In this document: one piece after another, positions 21,742 through 31,113 of the stretch
Position numbering within the stretch: position 1 is the first letter of the stretch
How the letters are laid out: each line of letters starts with the position of its first letter
From: Fidelibacterota bacterium
GTDB lineage: Bacteria > Fidelibacterota > Marinisomatia > Marinisomatales > TCS55
DNA: 64,000 nucleotides
Assembly: GCA_046861385.1 (NCBI GenBank)
Contig: JBHHTW010000004.1
Location: 32,001 to 96,000, forward strand
Direction: 5' to 3'
Position numbers and translations under genes: made by a program
The notes under the pieces: model-generated
Database searches by the model: none
Told to the model about the DNA's origin: nothing
Seen by the model: the letters and a program-made list of their open reading frames with translations, nothing else

Positions 21742-22059
21742 CTATATCTTTCTGATAGAGTGAAGTTTGATCCCGTCTACTTCTAAGAAGTGAGGCAAAT
21801 CACCGCAATTATACTCAATTGTCTTATTCAACAATTCATATTGTATCATCACTTCTACACCACTATTTATTTTTAAACTATCATCTATAGTCATTTCATC
21901 TTCAGGTTTATATTCATGATCATCAATGTCGATAAAGAATCCGCAGCCGTCTACAGCATAATCTCCTGTCCATCGCAGCAAAGCATTCGCTTCAAGTATT
22001 GTATTTTTTTTATCTTCACATCCGAATATGAGTAATAAAGAGAGTAATAGTATTCTCAT
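21742..22059 (-). CDS. Hypothetical lipoprotein
   Basis: MRILLLSLLLIFGC lipobox; AVDGCG motif; GGAGG SD-like upstream. Confidence 0.7.
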   Translation of the reverse strand: MRILLLSLLLIFGCEDKKNTILEANALLRWTGDYAVDGCGFFIDIDDHEYKPEDEMTIDDSLKINSGVEVMIQYELLNKTIEYNCGDLPHFLEVDGIKLHSIRKI

Positions 22060-22073
22060 TTTTGTTTTTCCTC

Positions 22074-23255
22074 CTATTTCATCAAAATAACTTTTTGAGT
22101 TTGTGAAAAATCACCTGAAACCAGCTGCACAAAGTACACACCGCTGGACAGGTTGCCTGCATTCCAAACAATCTCATGCTCACCAGCTACCAGTTCACCG
22201 CTTACCAGCGTCTCCACCAGTCTTCCGGTTATATTAAAAATATCCAAACGTAGGGGAAGCATATATGCGTCCCCTACATTAAACCGGATGGTGGTGGTTG
22301 GATTGAATGGATTGGGATATGGCTGATAAAGTTTGAAATTTTCGGGGATTGGATGTCCATCTTCAACTCCAACAAACTCTCCATAAGTAACGCCATTGAT
22401 TATTGCGGCATTCAGATTCGTAGTACCTGATGTTCCTTCCACAACGAATAGACTCGTGAGACCAATTCCTTTTGTAAATGTATATTCTTGATAAAGCATC
22501 CAATCGTATTCAATGAACAATCGATCTGGATCTAAAAAGGACACGTTATAGTAATAATCTAAACAATTTGTCCAGGGAGTGATACTATCGTTATAAGTTA
22601 ATAAAGGATAAAGACTGAACTCATTATTTGTACATGATCCGCTATCATATTCAGCAACAACAGATATAGAAGTATCAATACGTAAATATTGAAAATAAGA
22701 ACTACCATCCTTTGTTTTTACAAAATAAGTTTCACCATTTGGCATGGTTGTATCTCCTATGATTTGATTTGTAAAGTAAAATGTAGTATCTTGATTGCTC
22801 TGTTGATACTGCCACATATCACCAATATGAAGAGGGAAAAAAGCCAGAGCATCTGATGTTGCATTGCATGGACTTTGGTATCCATTTGCAAGAAATTCCG
22901 TTCCCAATGAATCTTCAATAATAAAATCAACCGATCCATAATATTCTGTCTCTCCATTATTGTCCAGATCCTGACCATAGATTTCCCCTGTCCATGTTCC
23001 GGTGGACAATCCCCCCATCATTAATTCCAGATCAAATTCACAGCCACAAAAAGCTATATTTCCCGTATCCACTTCAGTGATTTCTATGATATTGCTGTCT
23101 AAAAATGTTATGCTGAATTCAAACAATGAACCACAGTTTCGCTCCGTATTATCGTGATGAATCGTTACAGTATCTCCCGATACCTCAGTCCACAATAAAT
23201 CAGTTTGACTAAAAGCAAAATTGAGCAATAAAATTAAAATAAATTGTTTCTTCAT
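22074..23255 (-). CDS. Secreted protein with T9SS type-A-like C-terminal sorting domain
   Basis: Signal peptide; C-terminus YPNPFNPTTTIRF...WNAGNLSSGVYFVQL...KVILMK. Confidence 0.85.
   Translation of the reverse strand: MKKQFILILLLNFAFSQTDLLWTEVSGDTVTIHHDNTERNCGSLFEFSITFLDSNIIEITEVDTGNIAFCGCEFDLELMMGGLSTGTWTGEIYGQDLDNNGETEYYGSVDFIIEDSLGTEFLANGYQSPCNATSDALAFFPLHIGDMWQYQQSNQDTTFYFTNQIIGDTTMPNGETYFVKTKDGSSYFQYLRIDTSISVVAEYDSGSCTNNEFSLYPLLTYNDSITPWTNCLDYYYNVSFLDPDRLFIEYDWMLYQEYTFTKGIGLTSLFVVEGTSGTTNLNAAIINGVTYGEFVGVEDGHPIPENFKLYQPYPNPFNPTTTIRFNVGDAYMLPLRLDIFNITGRLVETLVSGELVAGEHEIVWNAGNLSSGVYFVQLVSGDFSQTQKVILMK
22075..22319. repeat. 245-bp direct repeat, copy 1 (sorting-domain cassette)
   Basis: Matches 23360-23604 except at 22088, 22104 and 22317. 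Confidence 0.95.
22250..22277. repeat. GTAG-type REP-like palindrome inside coding sequence, copy 1
   Basis: GTAGGGGAAGCATATATGCGTCCCCTAC; 13 of 14 positions pair. Confidence 0.75.
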
Positions 23256-23358
23256 AATACCTATCTATTTTCTATCTTTGCGGGAGCTCATCTCGATTTC
23301 TTCGGAGCGCAAAGTTTTGTTTTAATAGTTTGGGTTTTATTCATTGATTTTACATAAA

Positions 23359-24309
23359 TTATTTCATCAAAACAACTTTTTGAGTTTGAGAAAAATCACC
23401 TGAAACCAGCTGCACAAAGTACACACCGCTGGACAGGTTGCCTGCATTCCAAACAATCTCATGCTCACCAGCTACCAGTTCACCGCTTACCAGCGTCTCC
23501 ACCAGTCTTCCGGTTATATTAAAAATATCCAAACGTAGGGGAAGCATATATGCGTCCCCTACATTAAACCGGATGGTGGTGGTTGGATTGAATGGATTGG
23601 GGTAAACATTCAATATCGCATAACTGTCCAACACAATATCATTTTCAATTGATAGTGGTGTATAAAACTCTGTACAAATCCAGTCTGTATCTCCCCCATA
23701 ACTAATATTGATTCTTTTTACAATACCAGCCCAACCACTAATCTCACCCATCTGATCAAAATAATAACTTATCCATTCAATATATCCCCAATCATCTCCA
23801 TCTGTAGAAAACACATAACATGGTGAAGTAATCGGGTATATAGGTGGATAATACCACACTACCGTGTCGTTTTTTGAATCCAACCGCATTTTATAACTAA
23901 ACCCTTCATCTACATCATAAACTGTCCAAAAATCTCCAACTTCTACTTCAAAATCATAGAGGACACAATCAACTGGTGTTGTATTTAAGCCTGTGAGAAT
24001 ATGAACCTTTAATCCATCATTTCTCAAACCCACTATCCTACCATCATATCGGAAATTATGTACCGTGAAATATTCATATCCATTGTGTGTAATTGTATAA
24101 GGATATTCAATTATCTCAGTATGTGTTGAATCATTATTATCATAATCCCAGTGATATAGTTCTCCAAGTGGATATAATTCTTGCGTCATACCCACAGTAT
24201 AAAAAGTTAGTATTATAAAAAATAAAGATTTTGTCGTTAAAAACCTCATATTGAACGTCCCATAAAAGTTAAACAATAACAAATTCATCACAAACAAAAT
24301 TATATGCAA
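23359..24309 (-). CDS. Secreted protein with T9SS type-A-like C-terminal sorting domain
   Basis: Signal-like N-terminus (true start may be MRFLTTK); LYDF...GD motif; same C-terminal domain as 22074-23255. Confidence 0.82.
   Translation of the reverse strand: MHIILFVMNLLLFNFYGTFNMRFLTTKSLFFIILTFYTVGMTQELYPLGELYHWDYDNNDSTHTEIIEYPYTITHNGYEYFTVHNFRYDGRIVGLRNDGLKVHILTGLNTTPVDCVLYDFEVEVGDFWTVYDVDEGFSYKMRLDSKNDTVVWYYPPIYPITSPCYVFSTDGDDWGYIEWISYYFDQMGEISGWAGIVKRINISYGGDTDWICTEFYTPLSIENDIVLDSYAILNVYPNPFNPTTTIRFNVGDAYMLPLRLDIFNITGRLVETLVSGELVAGEHEIVWNAGNLSSGVYFVQLVSGDFSQTQKVVLMK
23360..23604. repeat. 245-bp direct repeat, copy 2
   Basis: Offset 1285 bp from copy 1; 3 mismatches. Confidence 0.95.
23535..23562. 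repeat. GTAG-type REP-like palindrome inside coding sequence, copy 2
   Basis: Identical to 22250-22277. Confidence 0.75.
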
Positions 24310-24459
24310 TTGTATTGACTCTGTTGGTAGTAACCAGTCCAGTAGTGCTTCAAAAGAATAAAATGAATCACCAGCTAAAGAGCAAAGCTGACGGGAATCG
24401 GTGGATTGATTCCGGTTATCTTTTATGTTCTTTATTTATTGACAGGATTGTTGGATAGA

Positions 24460-24951
24460 CTATTTTTTTTTTAAAACAAGATCAACAAAACATATACCTG
24501 CGACTATATAAAATGAAAGGTACATCAAAACACCAGAAAATATTGTCAGGTAACTAAATGCCGGATGGATATACCGAATCCCCCAAAAGGAACCAAAAGT
24601 AGTCAAGATTGCGACCAAAGGTTCGATCATCAAGAATAATTTCCACCCGCCGGAGAGAATGGAATTAAAATAAAAGAGACCACCCATCATAACAAATATC
24701 AGGGCAAAAGAAATCACATGGGTGTGGGTTGTCAGAAGCAAATTTTCCAGCGATTTAGGAAAATGTTCGGGAATTTCATATTCATCGGTTTGCGAACCGG
24801 CAATACGCTCATATGTTTGATCAGCACTCATGTGCGTGGTGAGATTTACATAGATTAACCCCAAGCTGACACCCAAGGATATCACGATGATAAAAGAGAT
24901 TAAGAACCAGCGTAAACTTTCGTCCAATTTATTAAGTTTGATATTATTCAT
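24460..24951 (-). CDS. Hypothetical 4-TM membrane protein with a THTH motif
   Basis: Four hydrophobic segments; LLLTTHTHVISF; 1 nt from the FMN-binding gene. Confidence 0.75.
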   Translation of the reverse strand: MNNIKLNKLDESLRWFLISFIIVISLGVSLGLIYVNLTTHMSADQTYERIAGSQTDEYEIPEHFPKSLENLLLTTHTHVISFALIFVMMGGLFYFNSILSGGWKLFLMIEPLVAILTTFGSFWGIRYIHPAFSYLTIFSGVLMYLSFYIVAGICFVDLVLKKK

Positions 24952-24952
24952 T

Positions 24953-25477
24953 TTATGATAAATCGTCCCGAATTAAACTCAATAGTAGTGTCAATTTTTG
25001 AATACCCTTTGTCATGGAATCCACAGATATTGTTGCACCACTGATACCATCAATATCGTCATACTGTGAGGCAGAATTCCTACCAAAAAATTGTTTTAAC
25101 CATGGTTTTCGTTCCACTTCCCCGCCGATTGGTTCACGGTATTTAACCACAGCAGCATTAACGACTTCTCCATGATTATTGTACATTGATATGAAAGTTA
25201 TGGGCATGGATTTTCCTTTAACATTATCCAAAAGAGCATAACCAACAATTTTACTGTCTATCGTAACGGACCAAGTATACACAAAATCAGAATAGAACCG
25301 CTGTTTTGCTTTGTGCTCCACTTTTTGTTTTATATCTTTCGGTATAATATAACGAGAAAAGACAAGAGTTGCCTCATCACCAAACTCAGCTTGTACCATG
25401 AATTCAGCTTCCTCACGAATTCCGCTCAGTAAAACTGAGATCATAAAAAGGAAAATAATTGTAGTTCTTATAATCAT
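24953..25477 (-). CDS. Extracytoplasmic FMN-binding protein
   Basis: Signal peptide; GKSMPIT, YREPIGGEV, flavinylation motif DGISGATIS. Confidence 0.88.
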   Translation of the reverse strand: MIIRTTIIFLFMISVLLSGIREEAEFMVQAEFGDEATLVFSRYIIPKDIKQKVEHKAKQRFYSDFVYTWSVTIDSKIVGYALLDNVKGKSMPITFISMYNNHGEVVNAAVVKYREPIGGEVERKPWLKQFFGRNSASQYDDIDGISGATISVDSMTKGIQKLTLLLSLIRDDLS

Positions 25478-25504
25478 TATTCTTTTAACAATATACTTTT
25501 ACGT

Positions 25505-26626
25505 TTAGAAGCTATATCCAACACCAACATTAAGTTGAAGATCAGGATTATTTTTATGGGACGACGCTGCTTTTTTACCCAACTCAAATTTGAAAACGAT
25601 TTCTGATATTGGCCAAAATGTTAATCCGTATCGAATGATTGAATAATCAATGAATTTGTCATCGTTACCCAGGTTATATCCGGACACTCGCATCCAGGGT
25701 AATAGCTTCCCTTTCAATCCAATGAGTGAACCGACATCGTAACCAAGATCTATATAATAACCACCGCTGGTTTCATAGCCAAGAGGATTGTTTTTATATG
25801 ATAATTGTCCATATTCTAACACTGCATAAATATTGTTGGCATTGTATTTAGCATTGACTTCCAGGAGTTGAATGCCAACAGTTGCCGTGTCTGCAGCATT
25901 GATAATGGTGTGCCCGTTTTCATCTTCAATTAAATAAGCAGACGTTGGTGCATTATGAAACGTCATTGATCCTCCAACGCGTAAACCGGTCACACCGTTA
26001 AAATAACCACTGAAATTTTTAACTAAATCATACGCGGTTGATTTATATCCCTTTACCCGACCGCTGCGAAATCCTTTCCTGATATTATCACCATTGAGAT
26101 CCTCCATAAGGACAAATCTCCAGTTGATTCCAACGATTTTACCATACACTGCAGCTCCATTGCCAAACCAGGTTGTAGGGATAACATACGTGCTGTATTC
26201 GGGGCGTTCTACACTTATAAATAATGGAGGTTCATGGCTTTCATTGATGATTCCTACAGAAGGCAAGATCACACCGGCTTGGAAACCATAACGTCCAGAA
26301 TAATAATTTATGTAAGCCTGCTCCAGTTCGAGTTCACCTTCCCCATCATGGACAAAATTATGTTCAAGCTCAACTTCTGATTTAAAGGACCATTCTTCCG
26401 AAAAAGCGTAGCCATAATAAATTATAAAACGGTGAAAGTCTAATTTGGTCGTTGCAGCATTTTCACCTGATTGGCTTCTATTATAGTGAAGTTCTCCATA
26501 TCCACCGATACTATACCCGGGTATAAAAAAGTCATCTTCTGCAAATAGAATCGTTATTAAGGATATTACTAAATATATTTTTCCCATCTTCGCTCTTTGT
26601 AATTGATTCATTTTACCTAAAAACAT
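25505..26626 (-). CDS. Outer-membrane porin-like beta-barrel (likely start ~26587, MGKIYL)
   Basis: IGGYGELHYN, DFHRF, SEVELEH, LEQAY, HEP..F.SVERP, IPTTW; C-terminal GYSF. Confidence 0.82.
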   Translation of the reverse strand: MFLGKMNQLQRAKMGKIYLVISLITILFAEDDFFIPGYSIGGYGELHYNRSQSGENAATTKLDFHRFIIYYGYAFSEEWSFKSEVELEHNFVHDGEGELELEQAYINYYSGRYGFQAGVILPSVGIINESHEPPLFISVERPEYSTYVIPTTWFGNGAAVYGKIVGINWRFVLMEDLNGDNIRKGFRSGRVKGYKSTAYDLVKNFSGYFNGVTGLRVGGSMTFHNAPTSAYLIEDENGHTIINAADTATVGIQLLEVNAKYNANNIYAVLEYGQLSYKNNPLGYETSGGYYIDLGYDVGSLIGLKGKLLPWMRVSGYNLGNDDKFIDYSIIRYGLTFWPISEIVFKFELGKKAASSHKNNPDLQLNVGVGYSF

Positions 26627-26630
26627 CGTT

Positions 26631-26649
26631 ATTGAGAATTAGTCTCATT
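26631..26649. promoter_or_regulatory. Fur-family-like box upstream of the porin operon
   Basis: ATTGAGAATTAGTCTCATT; 7-1-7 core TGAGAAT-T-AGTCTCA resembles the Fur consensus TGATAAT-n-ATTATCA. Confidence 0.6.
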
Positions 26650-26727
26650 AGCATTATAAAGAAAAAACTGTCGTAGTGCAAACACTTTTTACTATTTATT
26701 TAGGATTAATCACATAATTAATATAAT

Positions 26728-26749
26728 ATAGACTGACCAGTCGGTTTAT
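26728..26749. promoter_or_regulatory. Candidate TetR operator
   Basis: ATAGACTGACCAGTCGGTTTAT imperfect palindrome between a TATAAT (26724-26729) and the TetR ATG at 26753. Confidence 0.65.
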
Positions 26750-26752
26750 ATT

Positions 26753-27346
26753 ATGAACGAATCATTACAAAACCAGCGTAAAGAACAAATTTTAGACGCC
26801 GCTCTTAAGGTGCTAATCCAAAAAGGATATGAACAATCTCGTATGGATGATGTGGTGGATGTATCCAAATTGAGCAAAGGAGCCATCTACTGGTATTATA
26901 AATCCAAAAAGGAAATGTACCTTGATTTGGTAAATTATTGGGTTCTCCACTATAGCGTAACTTTAAATCATATAGTGGAAGAAAATGCCCCTCCCTCTCG
27001 TCAGTTACAGGATTTGTTTCAATATTTTATTGACCAATACGAATCAGACCCGCAACCATTTTTTGCTCTGACTGAATTTTGGTCCATGTCCCAAAAGGAT
27101 ATTGATTTTAAAAATAAATTACAGAAAGTTTATACGAATTTCCTGGAATTAATCGAAGGGATTATTGAACAGGGTGTTACTTCAGGAGAATTTAAACAAT
27201 TGAATGTTCGAATGACCGCTTTATCGATTATGGTCAATATAGAATCCATCAACTGGTTTACATTATTTGATGAACATGGCGTTAGTGTAAGAGAATATAT
27301 TGGAACAATTACTGATTTTATTCAGTCAGGAATTGCTAAAAAATAG
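26753..27346 (+). CDS. TetR/AcrR-family regulator (probably of fatty-acid degradation)
   Basis: ILDAA...GYEQSRMDDV....LSKGAIYWYYKSK HTH; heads the fad cluster. Confidence 0.9.
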   Translation: MNESLQNQRKEQILDAALKVLIQKGYEQSRMDDVVDVSKLSKGAIYWYYKSKKEMYLDLVNYWVLHYSVTLNHIVEENAPPSRQLQDLFQYFIDQYESDPQPFFALTEFWSMSQKDIDFKNKLQKVYTNFLELIEGIIEQGVTSGEFKQLNVRMTALSIMVNIESINWFTLFDEHGVSVREYIGTITDFIQSGIAKK

Positions 27347-27360
27347 TAGGAGAAAAGTAT

Positions 27361-29142
27361 ATGAAAAGTATAGAATTAAAATGGCAAACAGGTGGGAGTT
27401 TTCTCACAAATCCAATCACCGAAGCCACTGTTTTTTCCAGAGAAGATTTCACGGAAGAGCATCGGGATATTTATCAAATGGTAAAAGAATTTGACAAAGA
27501 ACGTATCCTGGCTCAAAAAAGTGAAATTGAGAAATATGATAAGGATTTATCTCTGTCACTCATTAGAGAGATGGGAGAGTTGGGACTTCTTGGTATTGAT
27601 ATTCCCGAAGAATATGGAGGAATGGAATTAGATAAGGTGACCTCAGCCATTGTTGCCGAAGCATTGGTGTACAGCCCTTCATTTTCAGTAACATGGTCTG
27701 TGCAAACCGGAATCGGATCCCTGCCTATAATCTGGTTTGGCACCAATGAACAGAAGGAAAAATATTTACCCAAAATTGTGACGGGCGAAATGATTTGTGC
27801 TTACGGATTAACAGAGCCATCCGCCGGGTCTGATGCGCTGTCCGGAAAAACAACTGCTGTGCTTTCTGATGACGGAAAACATTATTTATTAAATGGTGAA
27901 AAAATATTTATTACCAATGGTGGTTGGGCAGATGTATTTGTCGTTTTCGCCCAAGTGGACGGAAGTTTATTTAGCGCATTTATTGTTGATCGGGAAACTG
28001 AAGGATTTTCCGTTGGAGCAGAAGAAAAAAAAATGGGTATGAAGGGATCATCTACAACACCACTCATTTTTCAGAATGCCAAAGTACCAGTGGAAAATCT
28101 TTTATATAAAGTAGGAAAAGGTGCCACGATCGCCTTTAATGTTCTCAATGTAGGCAGATATAAATTGGGCGCTTCCAGCGTGGGAGGATCCAAAAACGTT
28201 ATTGAAGCCGCAGCCCAATATGCCAACGAACGGCGCGCCTTTGGGAAACCAATCGCTCAGTTTGATGCCATTATTAAAAAAATTGCTGATATGACTGTAC
28301 GCACTTTTGCTGCTGATAGTATGCTTTATCGGACGATTGGAATGTTTCAAAAAGAAATCGATACTCTGGATAAATCAGACCCAGATTATTATATCCATTC
28401 TGCCGAAACTATGGAAAAATATGCTATTGAAACATCCATGGCTAAAGTTTACGGCAGTGAAACAAGCCATTTTGTCATTAACGAAGGATTACAGGTATTT
28501 GGCGGTTATGGTTTTTTAGAGGAATATCCTATGGCTTCTGCTTATCGGGATGACCGTATCAACCAAATTTGGGAAGGAACCAATGAAATTAATCGCCAAA
28601 TTATTACCGGTTATATGATGAAAAAAGCACTGATGGAAGAGTTACCCATTCGGGAAGAAATCAGCGCCATCGATCAATTTATGTCCAATGGACAATTAGA
28701 AAACAATGACGGACCCCTGGCAAATGAGTATGATACCATTGAGACAGGCAAACGTCTCGCCCTTTATGTTTTCAATGAAGCGCTCAATAAGTTTGGGCAG
28801 GATCTGAAACATGAACAGCAAATTACCGAAATGATGGCTGATATATTTATGGACTTATATGCTGCAGAGAGTGCGGTGGTTCGTTCGAAAAAAATGATGG
28901 AAAAAAGTAGTCAAAACAGGGCAGTTTGCAGCATTGCGAAAATCTTTACTGCGGAAATGGTCCTACGTTTATTAAATATGTCCTTGACAGCGTTGAATGC
29001 TATTTATGGCGGGAATACTACTCCGGATGTCATAAATCAGTTGCGTCATTTCCAGGGGAGGATGATGATGCAAACAGACATTATTAATCTAAAACGAAAT
29101 GTAGCACAATACATTTATAGCCAAAACACTTACCCATTTTAG
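27361..29142 (+). CDS. fadE: Acyl-CoA dehydrogenase
   Basis: AYGLTEPSAGSDA, GEKIFITNG, EEKKMG.KGSST, IWEGTNEINR. Confidence 0.92.
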   Translation: MKSIELKWQTGGSFLTNPITEATVFSREDFTEEHRDIYQMVKEFDKERILAQKSEIEKYDKDLSLSLIREMGELGLLGIDIPEEYGGMELDKVTSAIVAEALVYSPSFSVTWSVQTGIGSLPIIWFGTNEQKEKYLPKIVTGEMICAYGLTEPSAGSDALSGKTTAVLSDDGKHYLLNGEKIFITNGGWADVFVVFAQVDGSLFSAFIVDRETEGFSVGAEEKKMGMKGSSTTPLIFQNAKVPVENLLYKVGKGATIAFNVLNVGRYKLGASSVGGSKNVIEAAAQYANERRAFGKPIAQFDAIIKKIADMTVRTFAADSMLYRTIGMFQKEIDTLDKSDPDYYIHSAETMEKYAIETSMAKVYGSETSHFVINEGLQVFGGYGFLEEYPMASAYRDDRINQIWEGTNEINRQIITGYMMKKALMEELPIREEISAIDQFMSNGQLENNDGPLANEYDTIETGKRLALYVFNEALNKFGQDLKHEQQITEMMADIFMDLYAAESAVVRSKKMMEKSSQNRAVCSIAKIFTAEMVLRLLNMSLTALNAIYGGNTTPDVINQLRHFQGRMMMQTDIINLKRNVAQYIYSQNTYPF

Positions 29143-29151
29143 GAGTTAAAT

Positions 29152-30285
29152 ATGAGCTTAAAATCAGTCATAATAGATGCAGTCCGGTCACCCATCGGAG
29201 TTAAAAACGGTCAATTGATTGGCATACGGCCCGACGATCTTACAGCGCAAGTTATTAAGGGGCTTTTAGCCCGGAATGAAAATGTGAAACCTGAAGATGT
29301 GGAAGATGTTGTTGTTGGCTGCGCCTTTCCAGAAGGTCCCCAGGGAATGATTATCGGCCGGTCTGCTGCTATTCTTGCCGGTATCCCAAAAGAAGCAGGT
29401 GGAAAAGTGGTCAACCGATTTTGCGGTTCAGCCATGGACGGGCTTCACCAATTAAGCACTGCTATTGAAAGTGGTGACATTGATGTGGGTATTGCAGCCG
29501 GCGTGGAAGATATGTTTTCCATCCCACCGGGAGGATTTGCCCCTGACTTTCACCCTGAGTTGGCGGAACAGGAGTTCTATATCGGCATGGGAGAAACGGC
29601 AGAGAATCTCGCCAACGACGGTAATATTTCCCGGGAAGATCAGGATGAATTTTCAATTAAATCTCACGAAAAGGCACTCAAGGCATATAGGGAAGGTAAA
29701 TTTGATAATGAGCTCATTCCCATCGATGTTTATGGAGAAGTAACCATCGAAAAAGATGAAGGACCCAGAGAACCTAATGTGGAAAAAATTCAAAGTCTTA
29801 AACCGGCATTTGTAGAAGGCGGAACTGTCACAGCAGCTGGCAGTAGTCCTTTTTCCATTGGTGCTTCGGCCATATTGATTTCAAGCGAATCTTATGCCAA
29901 AGAACATGGATTGAATATTCGTGCAGAGATTATCGGCCGTGCAGTGGCCGGAGTGGATTGGACACGCATGGGCGCTGGTCCTCTGCCGGCAACAGAGAAA
30001 GTGCTGAAAAAAACAGGTCTCACCATGGACGATATTGAAACCATTGAATTAAACGAGGCATTTTCCGCTCAATCCCTATATGTAATTCGGGAAGGTGGAT
30101 GGAATATGGATAAAATCAACCTCAATGGGGGAGCTATCGCTTTGGGACATCCACTGGGATGCTCGGGAACACGGATTATTTGTACCCTCATTAACGTCAT
30201 GGAACAACAGAATACCCATATCGGCCTGGCTACCATGTGTATTGGAAGCGGACAAGGAATTTCAACTATTATCCGGCGGCGATGA
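29152..30285 (+). CDS. fadA: Acetyl-CoA C-acyltransferase (thiolase)
   Basis: VNRFCGS, NEAF, GGAIALGHPLG, MCIGSGQG. Confidence 0.94.
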   Translation: MSLKSVIIDAVRSPIGVKNGQLIGIRPDDLTAQVIKGLLARNENVKPEDVEDVVVGCAFPEGPQGMIIGRSAAILAGIPKEAGGKVVNRFCGSAMDGLHQLSTAIESGDIDVGIAAGVEDMFSIPPGGFAPDFHPELAEQEFYIGMGETAENLANDGNISREDQDEFSIKSHEKALKAYREGKFDNELIPIDVYGEVTIEKDEGPREPNVEKIQSLKPAFVEGGTVTAAGSSPFSIGASAILISSESYAKEHGLNIRAEIIGRAVAGVDWTRMGAGPLPATEKVLKKTGLTMDDIETIELNEAFSAQSLYVIREGGWNMDKINLNGGAIALGHPLGCSGTRIICTLINVMEQQNTHIGLATMCIGSGQGISTIIRRR

Positions 30286-30289
30286 TACA

Positions 30290-30943
30290 ATGAGTAAATG
30301 CATAAAAGATCCTATGAGTGGATTAACACACGTCATTGGCGCTATACTATCAGTGGTGGGATTAATTCTGCTAATCTTTAAATCACTTAATCCTGTTGAC
30401 CCTTGGAAGATTGTATCTTTTTCTGTATTCGGTTCAGGATTATTTTTGCTCTACACAGCCAGCACATTATACCACTGGATTCCTGTAACAGGGCGCGCAG
30501 AATCGATCTTGAGGCGGCTTGATCATATCATGATTTACGTATTAATTGCATCCACATATACTCCCATTTGTCTTATCCCGTTGAGAGGGCCTTGGGGTTG
30601 GAGCTTGTTCGGTGTTATATGGGGATTGGCAATTTTTGGGATTCTATGGAAATTATTTCAATTCAGAATTCCGGAGTGGTTTTCAACACTATATTACATA
30701 TTTATGGGATGGTTATCGGTTATTGCAATCTGGCCTCTTATTTCAAATCTTCAGATCGGTGCATTAATCTGGTTACTCATCGGTGGAATTTTTTACTCCG
30801 GTGGTGTCATTTTTTTCGCTTTGGATCGTCAGGAATCACCTCGAAAAGGTTTCGGATTCCATGAAGTATGGCATGTGATGGTATTGGCAGGTAGTTTAAG
30901 CCATTTTTGGGTGATGTACCATTATGTATCACAAAGCACTTAA
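30290..30943 (+). CDS. Hemolysin III / PAQR (TrhA-like) membrane protein
   Basis: Start placed at MSKCIKDP (30290); LYTASTLYH, LDHIMIY.LIA.TYTP, FHEVWHVMV....SH. Confidence 0.9.
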   Translation: MSKCIKDPMSGLTHVIGAILSVVGLILLIFKSLNPVDPWKIVSFSVFGSGLFLLYTASTLYHWIPVTGRAESILRRLDHIMIYVLIASTYTPICLIPLRGPWGWSLFGVIWGLAIFGILWKLFQFRIPEWFSTLYYIFMGWLSVIAIWPLISNLQIGALIWLLIGGIFYSGGVIFFALDRQESPRKGFGFHEVWHVMVLAGSLSHFWVMYHYVSQST

Positions 30944-31113
30944 CATTAAGAAATGAAATACCTTACTGATAATAGAATATCAAGGCATAAAACGTAATGC
31001 GTAAGTATTTAATCAAACTCAGAGTGTTTCTACCGTTTTAAATATTTACGAATACTGATAATCTTAATATCTGATAAAAAAATATATTAACACCAAACTT
31101 AATAGAGGTTCAT

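Noticed and set aside
22075-23604. DGR template/variable repeat or CRISPR interpretation of the 245-bp repeat
   Set aside because: Both copies are coding, only three differences, no reverse transcriptase or cas genes, and no spacer array.
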